Below, piece by piece: positions 1 through 5,851 of a stretch of 7,704 nt of DNA. Source of the DNA: Prasinococcaceae sp. CCMP 1430 (taxonomy: Eukaryota; Plantae; Prasinodermophyta). The notes beneath the pieces were generated by a model. The model made no database searches, was not told where the DNA came from, and saw only the letters and a list, made by a program, of their open reading frames with translations. A program made the translations under genes and the position numbers. The number at the start of each line of letters is the position of its first letter. Within the stretch, counting starts at the first letter, position 1. The DNA is taken from assembly GCA_013416795.1 (NCBI GenBank), contig RQSC01000313.1:23997-31700 (forward strand), written 5' to 3'.

Positions 1-351
1 CCCCCCCCCCTCCCCCCCCTGTTCCCCTTCGCGCAACGGGCCAAGCAGCCCTGCGGCCGAGCCGCCGCCGCGCCTCCCCCCCCCCCGCTCCGGCCGTCCT
101 GCGCGCAGCAGCGTTGGCAACGGCGGCGAGGCGGGAAGGGCGGGGGCGCAGCGCGCCAGGCGACGCCGCGATCCTCCTCGGGGAACCGTCGCTGCGGCGG
201 TGCCTTTCAGTTAGGGTCATATGTTTGGGGTTTTGAAGGAGGGTTAATGCCACGGTTGATGCATGAAGATCGACGTGCGTGTTGGCGGGCGCGGCCGGTT
301 GTGCCACAGCCTTGGCGCGCTGCGCCTCCCCCCCCCAACACACACACACAC
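1..351. repeat. Low-complexity C-runs and a short (CA)n tract in the upstream region
   Basis: C-runs at 1-19, 76-86 and 328-336 (the last two both preceded by gcgcct); CA repeat at about 338-351. Confidence 0.7.
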
Positions 352-432
352 CCCACGCCCTCGGGCGAGGGTCCGGCGCGCACAGCGCGTGGGGGAGACA
401 CTCTCCGGCCCGCCTGCCGCCGCGCGGGCGCG

Positions 433-620
433 ATGTCGTCGCATGGCCGCGGCTCGAAGGGCGGCACGCGCGGCGGACGCGACCAGTTCAAGTGGAGCGA
501 CGTGCGCGAGGACGCGGACCACGGGTGCTACATCGGTGCCAGCATGAAGGCGCGCAAGGGCGGGCGGCGCCATGGGCGGCGCGGCGTCGCGCTGGAGCCA
601 GCGCCCGTGGACGATGGAAG
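433..620 (+). CDS. Exon encoding an MMTAG2 (multiple myeloma tumor-associated protein 2)-like N-terminal MMtag motif
   Basis: ATG at 433 reads MSSHGRGSKGGTRGGRDQFKWSDVREDADHGCYIGASMKA, matching the family pattern GGxRGGxDQFxWxDVKxDxxxxxYLGxSxKA as I recall it. Codons are strongly G/C-ending in this frame. The family's following GRWQKGxDLxWY segment is not recognisable. The exon ends at AG|GTACGC (620/621). Confidence 0.7.
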
Positions 621-1755
621 GTACGCCGTGGCAAGCGCTGCGTGCGTGTCGTCACTCACCACGGCTGCGCTCTCCGCCTGGAGGGGAGGGGACGAGCCAC
701 TGTCGCGCGGATGCCCGCACAGACACGGGCGACGCGCCACTCATGCACGCCAGTGCTCTCTCGAGCGCCCGCTGACGCCACTCTTCGCGCTGCGACCGCC
801 AGATGCACCCGAGGGCGTCGGCGATGTGTGCGCCGTGGTGACCGGCGCGAATTCGGGCATCGGGCTGGCGGCGTGCGAGGCGCTGGCGGCGCGCGGCGCG
901 CGCGTCGTCATGTGCGTGCGGTCGCCGCAGCGTGCCGCCGAGGCCATATCTCGCGTGCGCGAGGCGGCGCCGGAAGGCGGCGACGCGAGCATCGCCGTGG
1001 TGACCATGGATCTGGCGGACCTCGAGTCTGTGCGCACCGCCGCGGCGCAGATCTCCACGGAGCACAAGCCCAACGCGCTGCTGCTCAACGCCGGCGTGAT
1101 GGCGGTGCCGTTTGCACTGACGAAGGACGGACACGAGACGCAGTGGCAGACGAACGTGCTGGGGCACTACGTGCTTACGGGGGCGCTGCTGCCGGCGCTG
1201 GAGGCGAACGCTCGGGAGGGCGCGCCGAGCCGCGTGGTGTCGCAGTCGTCCGCCTTCCACCGGTACATGCCCTTTCGCATGCGCGACGACGTGGACGATG
1301 AGCAGAAGTACGAGCAGTGGCGCGCCTACGCGCGCACCAAGGCTGCGAACATCTGGTTCTGCCTGGAGCTGCAGCGGCGGCTGGAGGCGTCGGGCAAGGC
1401 GGACAAGGTGATGTCGCTCGCCTGCCACCCGGGCTACAGCGCAACGGGCCTGCAGTTCACGCCCGGCAAGCCGCAGAGCGCTTTCTCGTGGAGCAACACG
1501 CTCTTCGCGCAGACGGCCGAGGGTGGCGCTCAGCCGCTGCTGCGCGCGGCGCTGGACCCCGACGCGGCGCCTGGCGATTTCTTCGGCCCGCAAGACAACT
1601 ACACAATGCCCCTTGCGAGTTACGGCATGACGGGCGGAGGCGCAATAAGGGAGACGCCCGCGGCGCTGGCGCGCGACGGCGAGCAGGCGAGGCTCTGCTG
1701 GGACGTGCTGGCCACGCAGGCGGGCGGGGACATCCTCCCCGGCGTCGACAACTGA
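614..1755 (+). CDS. Short-chain dehydrogenase/reductase, WWOX/retinol dehydrogenase (RDH11-14)-like classical SDR; predicted exons 614-620 and 803-1755 (319 aa; alternative start at 572)
   Basis: Motifs TGANSGIG (Rossmann TGxxxGxG), LLLNAGVM, NVLGHYVLT, RVVSQSS, catalytic YARTK (YxxxK) and CHPG. Splicing 621-802 joins ATG GAA G to AT GCA CCC, giving MEDAPEGVGDVCAVVTGANSGIG. Stop TGA at 1753-1755. Family call is confident; the start is less so. Confidence 0.85.
621..802 (+). other. Predicted spliceosomal intron (182 nt)
   Basis: Donor AAG|GTACGC at 621, branch-point-like CTGAC at 772-776, acceptor CCGCCAG| ending at 802. Frame-1 codons in this interval lose the G/C-ending bias. The MBD4-like intron has the same donor type (GTACGT) and a CTGAC. 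Confidence 0.7.
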
Positions 1756-1768
1756 CTCTCGCGCCGGG

Positions 1769-1838
1769 CGCGCGGGCGCGGGCGCACGCGCGGGCGCGGG
1801 CACACGCGCGGGAGCGGTCGCACGCGCGGGCGCGGGCG
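1769..1838. repeat. 18-bp GC-rich tandem minisatellite, about 4 copies (consensus CGCGCGGGCGCGGGCGCA), last copy interrupted by plastid DNA
   Basis: Units: 1769 cgcgcgggcgcgggcgca; 1787 cgcgcgggcgcgggcaca; 1805 cgcgcgggagcggtcgca; 1823 cgcgcgggcgcgggcg, then plastid sequence. Confidence 0.9.
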
Positions 1839-1839
1839 A

Positions 1840-2115
1840 CGTGGTGAACGTATGTATGCATTTCTTGATCGATTAGTTCATTTAGCTCTTCCACGAATTC
1901 GTGATTTTCGTGGAATTAAACGATCAGGTTTCGATGGAAAAGGAAACTATACTTTAGGCCTTACTGATCAATTACTGTTTCCTGAAATTGATTTTGATAA
2001 AATTGCTCGTTTAGATGGAATGAATATTTCAATTGTAACAACTGCAAAAACTGACCGTGATGCAGAGGTTTTATTAGAAACTATTGGCATTCCTTTTGCT
2101 CAAACTGGAAAATAG
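1840..2115 (+). pseudogene. rpl5: 5'-truncated plastid ribosomal protein L5 (C-terminal half only)
   Basis: CGT GGT GAA CGT ATG TAT GCA reads [25 protein letters not shown]...[21 protein letters not shown]...[13 protein letters not shown], the conserved L5 core. The ATG at 1852 is an internal Met, and the N-terminal half is replaced by GC-rich repeat DNA. Confidence 0.93.
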
Positions 2116-2158
2116 CAATTTGCATCAACTTTTAGGTCCCAATATTTTTTAATTAATT

Positions 2159-2563
2159 ATGCACACTATTGCTGATACATTAACGCGTATTCGTAATGCT
2201 CAATTACGTAAAGCACGATATGTTTTAATCCCAAAAACAAACATGGCAAAACAACTTGTCATGATTTTATCAAATGAAGGGTTTTTAGACGGTGTAGAAG
2301 AGTTATCACAAAAGACTCAAAAAGCATCGCAACGTTTTTTACGTGTTTCTTTACCCGCTCAAAATCAAACAACAAAAGCAAAACCTCATGTTATGAAAGT
2401 CGTAAGTAGACCTGGGTGTCGTGTTTATGTAAACGCTAAAAATATCCCATCACCACGTCAAAATATGAGTATTTGTATTCTTTCAACTTCAAAAGGTCTC
2501 TTAACGAATAAAGAAGCTCGACTTTTAGGGGTTGGTGGTGAAGTACTTTGTACTGTTTGGTAA
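2159..2563 (+). CDS. rps8: Plastid 30S ribosomal protein S8
   Basis: IADTLTRIRNA, EGFL, SRPGCRVY and ILSTSKGLLTNKEARLLGVGGEVLCTVW are S8 signatures; intact ORF. Confidence 0.96.
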   Translation: MHTIADTLTRIRNAQLRKARYVLIPKTNMAKQLVMILSNEGFLDGVEELSQKTQKASQRFLRVSLPAQNQTTKAKPHVMKVVSRPGCRVYVNAKNIPSPRQNMSICILSTSKGLLTNKEARLLGVGGEVLCTVW

Positions 2564-2576
2564 CACTTTAATTATT

Positions 2577-2580
2577 GAGG
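2577..2580 (+). promoter_or_regulatory. Shine-Dalgarno-like GAGG upstream of rpl36
   Basis: GAGG ends 9 nt before the ATG at 2590. Confidence 0.5.
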
Positions 2581-2589
2581 AAATTATCT

Positions 2590-2703
2590 ATGAAAGTACG
2601 CTCATCTGTTAAAAAAATGTGCGAACATTGTCGCTGTATTCGTCGACGTGGGCGCGTATTAATTATTTGTAAAGTTAAAAAACATAAGCAACGTCAAGGT
2701 TAA
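2590..2703 (+). CDS. rpl36: Plastid 50S ribosomal protein L36 (37 aa; absent from the ORF track)
   Basis: Hand translation: [37 protein letters not shown], with the CxxC...C...H zinc ligands and the HKQRQG end. Confidence 0.96.
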   Translation: MKVRSSVKKMCEHCRCIRRRGRVLIICKVKKHKQRQG

Positions 2704-2723
2704 ATTATTCTTGCTAACAATTT

Positions 2724-3119
2724 ATGCAAAAAACAAAACGAAAAAATTTAACAACTCTAAAACGAAAGAAAAAAATTACTAATGGTATTGTGTATATTAA
2801 TGCAACCTTTAATAATACATTAGTCACAATTACTGATTGGACAGGAAATGTATATTCATGGTCATCAGCTGGGGCTTGTGGCTTTCGTGGTGCAAAGAAA
2901 AGCACACCATTCGCTGCTCAAACAGCAGTAAGAGTCGCATTACAACCCTGTATTGATCGTGGATTACAAACTGCTGAAGTTATTTTATGTGGACCTGGGT
3001 CTGGCCGTGAAACAGCTTTACGTGCAGTTCATACCGCAGGTGTACGTCTAACTTTAATTCGCGATGTTACGCCAGTTCCACACAATGGATGTCGACCAAA
3101 GAAAAAACGTCGCATTTAA
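2724..3119 (+). CDS. rps11: Plastid 30S ribosomal protein S11
   Basis: [64 protein letters not shown]. Confidence 0.97.
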   Translation: MQKTKRKNLTTLKRKKKITNGIVYINATFNNTLVTITDWTGNVYSWSSAGACGFRGAKKSTPFAAQTAVRVALQPCIDRGLQTAEVILCGPGSGRETALRAVHTAGVRLTLIRDVTPVPHNGCRPKKKRRI

Positions 3120-3205
3120 CGGTTTTTTGAAGACAATAAAAAAAACAATATTAAGAGTTATACCGTATTATTCTTCTTAACATTCTTCAAACTTTTTGAT
3201 TCTTT

Positions 3206-4123
3206 ATGTCACTTTCTAGTGCTAAAAATCTAATTTCTGTTTCAAATAAATTTACTATCCATCATCAACAAGAGCGTGTGGATTCAAAACAAGGAATTTA
3301 TGGATGTTTTCGTATTGGACCATTTAAAGGAACAAAATCATTAACATTCGCAAATTTATTACGTCGAACATTACTCCATGAAATACCAGGTACTGGTATC
3401 GTGCAAGTAATTTTCCAAACTCCTACACACGAATTCTCAACTCTTCCTGGAGTACAAGAATCGGTGATTGATATTCTCTTAAACCTAAAACAACTTACTT
3501 TTCAAGGATATTGTGGAAACTATAAACGTGGAACAATTTCTAAGAAAGGCCCCGCAATTATTACAGCTAAAGATTTAAATTTGCCATACCCTATTATTGC
3601 AAGTTTTCCAGATCAAATTATTGCACACCTTAATACTGGATTCGAGTTTAAGATGGATTTTATTTTGAAAACAGATAAAGGCTCATCCCTTCCAATGTTG
3701 AAAAAATCGGTTACATCTTCTTCTTCATTATTTTTACAAAATGATTTTAGTCCCATTAAAAAAGTAAATTATACAATTTGTGAAGAACGATTAAAAGAAT
3801 GGATTGAACTAGAGATTTGGACAGATGGTAGTATTCAACCCTATTTAGCTCTTCAAACAGCTGTACAAAATATTTTTTGTGAATTTGAAGATTTATATCC
3901 AAAGACTTTAGAATTAAGTACTGAATCATTCTATTCTAAACAATTAAATTTACACAATCATAGAATTGAAAATTTATTTCTTCCTATTGATATGTATAAA
4001 GGATTAAAATGTAAGCAATTAAAAAATGATAAGAATTTAGAAAATTTTCACAATTGGGAAATGTTTTCTAAAGAATATGATGTATCATTAGATTTATTGA
4101 AACCTTTTTTTCTTAAAAAGTAA
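3206..4123 (+). CDS. rpoA: Plastid-encoded RNA polymerase alpha subunit (divergent C-terminal domain)
   Basis: YGCFRIGPF...LRRTLLHEI, HEFSTLPGVQESVIDILLNLK, KGPAIITAKDL, LEIWTDGSIQP; located directly after rps11. Confidence 0.93.
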   Translation: MSLSSAKNLISVSNKFTIHHQQERVDSKQGIYGCFRIGPFKGTKSLTFANLLRRTLLHEIPGTGIVQVIFQTPTHEFSTLPGVQESVIDILLNLKQLTFQGYCGNYKRGTISKKGPAIITAKDLNLPYPIIASFPDQIIAHLNTGFEFKMDFILKTDKGSSLPMLKKSVTSSSSLFLQNDFSPIKKVNYTICEERLKEWIELEIWTDGSIQPYLALQTAVQNIFCEFEDLYPKTLELSTESFYSKQLNLHNHRIENLFLPIDMYKGLKCKQLKNDKNLENFHNWEMFSKEYDVSLDLLKPFFLKK

Positions 4124-4134
4124 TTTATTAAACT

Positions 4135-4554
4135 ATGACAAATGAAGCCTCTGTAAAATTATCAGCCTATACAGGTATTGGCCGACGAAAAACATCAGTA
4201 GCCAGAGTTGGGCTCTCTGAAACAACTGAAAAAACAAGTTTTTTTATTAATGGGCAACCTGCATCGCATTATTTATGCGCAAACCCAACTTTATTAGCTA
4301 AAGTTTGTGCACCATTAGATCTACTTGGGGTTGAAAATACGTTCTCTATTAATGCTGTTGTAAATGGCGGAGGACTAACAGGACAAACGGATGCTATCCA
4401 ATTAGGATTAGCACGTGCTCTTACACAATTAAGCCCTAAGTATCAACCTTTATTACGTAGTGAAGGTCTTTTAACGCGAGATTCACGTCGTGTTGAGCGA
4501 AAAAAATATGGCTTAAAGAAAGCTAGAAAAGCTCCACAATTTTCAAAGCGTTAA
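4135..4554 (+). CDS. rps9: Plastid 30S ribosomal protein S9
   Basis: GIGRRKTSVARV, VNGGGLTGQTDAIQLGLARAL, GLLTRDSRRVERKKYGLKKARKAPQFSKR. Confidence 0.97.
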   Translation: MTNEASVKLSAYTGIGRRKTSVARVGLSETTEKTSFFINGQPASHYLCANPTLLAKVCAPLDLLGVENTFSINAVVNGGGLTGQTDAIQLGLARALTQLSPKYQPLLRSEGLLTRDSRRVERKKYGLKKARKAPQFSKR

Positions 4555-4575
4555 TTTATATCCCTTTTTTGTATT

Positions 4576-4908
4576 ATGACATATGCAATTATCGAAGCTG
4601 GGGGACATCAATTAAGAATTGAAGTTGGTCGATTCTATGACATTGACTATGTGCCCCAATCAAAACCTGAAGCTCAACTATTTTTTCAACGTGTACTTCT
4701 TCTTTCATATCAAACAGAAACTATTTTTGGAAAACCTTGGATTCCAGGTAGTTATGTGCGTGCAAAAGTTTTATATCACTTTCAAAAGAAAAAGGTACGC
4801 GTCTATAAAATGCGTCCCAAGAAGAAAACACGCAAAATTCAAGGACATCGCCAATTACAAACTCGTATTTATATTGAGTCAATTGGTATGGCTTCAACAG
4901 AAGCGTAA
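4576..4908 (+). CDS. rpl21: Plastid 50S ribosomal protein L21
   Basis: MTYAIIEAGGHQLRIEVG, FGKPWI and KVRVYKMRPKKKTRKIQGHRQLQTRIYIESI match the plastid/cyanobacterial L21 pattern. Confidence 0.93.
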   Translation: MTYAIIEAGGHQLRIEVGRFYDIDYVPQSKPEAQLFFQRVLLLSYQTETIFGKPWIPGSYVRAKVLYHFQKKKVRVYKMRPKKKTRKIQGHRQLQTRIYIESIGMASTEA

Positions 4909-4931
4909 ACACTTTTAAACGTTTATCGAAT

Positions 4932-5117
4932 ATGCCAACTAAAAATAAAGAACGTACAAAAACTCTTTTATTAGAAGAAGTACAAAGTTTTACAGTTCGG
5001 GTTAAAGAATTAACATCACATCTTCAAAAAAATCCAAAAGATTTTTCTGCAGAACGTGGACTGTATCAAATCTTAGCAAAGCGCAAGCGTTTATTAAAAT
5101 ACTTAAATACTCTATAA
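4932..5117 (+). CDS. rps15: Shortened plastid 30S ribosomal protein S15 (61 aa)
   Basis: EVQSFTVRVKELTSHLQKNPKDFSAERGLYQILAKRKRLLKYL aligns with the S15 core E.Q...T.++..LT.HL..+.KD.S..RGL...+.KR.RLL.YL. The usual C-terminal Y..LI..LGIR helix is absent. Confidence 0.82.
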   Translation: MPTKNKERTKTLLLEEVQSFTVRVKELTSHLQKNPKDFSAERGLYQILAKRKRLLKYLNTL

Positions 5118-5192
5118 ACCAAAGAAAAAGTAAATTTAGTAATACATTTTCGCTTACATAGAATTTTTCTTTTCTTTATACATTATTATTCT

Positions 5193-5561
5193 ATGCCAAC
5201 ATTTCAACAATTAGTTCGTAAAAATCGTTTTTCTATTGAAAAGAAAACAAAATCACCAGCACTTGTAAATTGCCCACAACGTCGCGGCGTATGTACACGT
5301 GTTTATACAACAACACCGAAAAAACCAAACTCTGCTTTGCGTAAAGTTGCTCGTGTCCGTCTAACTTCTGGTTTTGAAGTAACAGCTTATATCCCAGGAA
5401 TCGGACATAATATTCAAGAACACTCTGTTGTTCTTGTGCGTGGAGGGCGAGTTAAGGATTTACCAGGTGTTCGCTATCATGTTGTACGTGGCGCCTTAGA
5501 TACAGCGGGTGTAAAAAATAGAACACAACGCCGTTCGAAATATGGGGCTAAAAAACCTTAA
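5193..5561 (+). CDS. rps12: Plastid 30S ribosomal protein S12 (contiguous, not trans-spliced)
   Basis: [65 protein letters not shown]. Confidence 0.98.
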   Translation: MPTFQQLVRKNRFSIEKKTKSPALVNCPQRRGVCTRVYTTTPKKPNSALRKVARVRLTSGFEVTAYIPGIGHNIQEHSVVLVRGGRVKDLPGVRYHVVRGALDTAGVKNRTQRRSKYGAKKP

Positions 5562-5603
5562 TATTCAACAATATTAAGTAAATTTTTATAACTTTTCTAA
5601 TCT

Positions 5604-5607
5604 ATGT
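5604..5607 (+). pseudogene. Probable first 4 nt (ATG T) of the next plastid gene, most likely rps7, cut at the junction
   Basis: ATG lies 42 nt after the rps12 stop in the same TCT-ATG context as rpl36 and rps12. rps12-rps7 is the conserved adjacency, and rps7 usually starts Met-Ser. Only 4 nt are visible. Confidence 0.4.
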
Positions 5608-5608
5608 N
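5608..5608. other. Single ambiguous base (N) exactly at the AT-rich/GC-rich junction
   Basis: ...ctaatctatgt N ggcagctgcggcc...; it is the only N in the window. Confidence 0.97.
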
Positions 5609-5851
5609 GGCAGCTGCGGCCGCGGAACGGGGGTTCATTTCGCCGCCGCGAATTTTCCTGGCGGGGGCGCGGGAGGTGCGCGCGCGCGCGCGTGTGTGTC
5701 TGGGGGAGGGTCGTGGAAAAGTTCCGTGAGATCGCGCGAGAGGGCGGAGGGGGTGCCGCGCGCTCCCGGCAGGCGGTGCCAGACCGCGCACGCACGCAGG
5801 GCGTCGTAGGCCCTCGCAACAAACCAACCAACCACCCGGCGCGCAAGCAAG

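Larger units (their letters stand above)
1839..5607 (+). other. Plastid-genome-derived segment (ribosomal protein/rpoA operon) embedded in nuclear-type DNA: recent NUPT or assembly chimera
   Basis: Abrupt switch from roughly 70% GC to roughly one-third GC (estimated by eye) and back. Tightly packed, co-oriented, intronless genes with A/T-ending codons. The reduced order rpl5-rps8-rpl36-rps11-rpoA (no rpl6, rpl18, rps5, secY, rps13, rps4) is the green-plastid form of the spc/alpha operon. Confidence 0.92.

Noticed and set aside
211-216. TTAGGG in a short AT-richer patch
   Set aside because: A single hexamer, not a telomeric array.
247-432. N-terminal extension of the 502-aa ORF from ATG 247
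   Set aside because: It runs through poly-C and CA repeats with no codon bias and looks like promoter/5' UTR that is open by chance in GC-rich DNA.
1769-1838. CRISPR or transposon-end interpretation of the 18-bp repeat
   Set aside because: Head-to-tail tandem units with no spacers, no cas or transposase gene and no matching copy at the other junction.
652-1894. Long antisense ORFs over the SDR (652-1803, 1457-1894, 741-1088 and others)
   Set aside because: Shadow ORFs expected opposite a gene with G/C-ending codons; no recognisable motifs.
4619-4918. Alternative ORFs over rpl21 (4619-4918 +, 4721-4912 -) and rps11 (2714-2905 -)
   Set aside because: They overlap well-supported ribosomal protein genes and show no motifs.
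1839-5607. Bacterial contaminant/endosymbiont or mitochondrial origin of the AT-rich block
   Set aside because: Absence of rpl6, rpl18, rps5, secY, rps13 and rps4 from the operon, together with rpoA, rpl36 and rpl21 and cyanobacterial-type sequences, fits a green plastid rather than a bacterium or a green-algal mitochondrion.
1820-5630. Target-site duplication around the insert
   Set aside because: The sequence before 1839 (gggcgcgggcg) and after 5608 (ggcagctgcgg) shares no convincing direct repeat.
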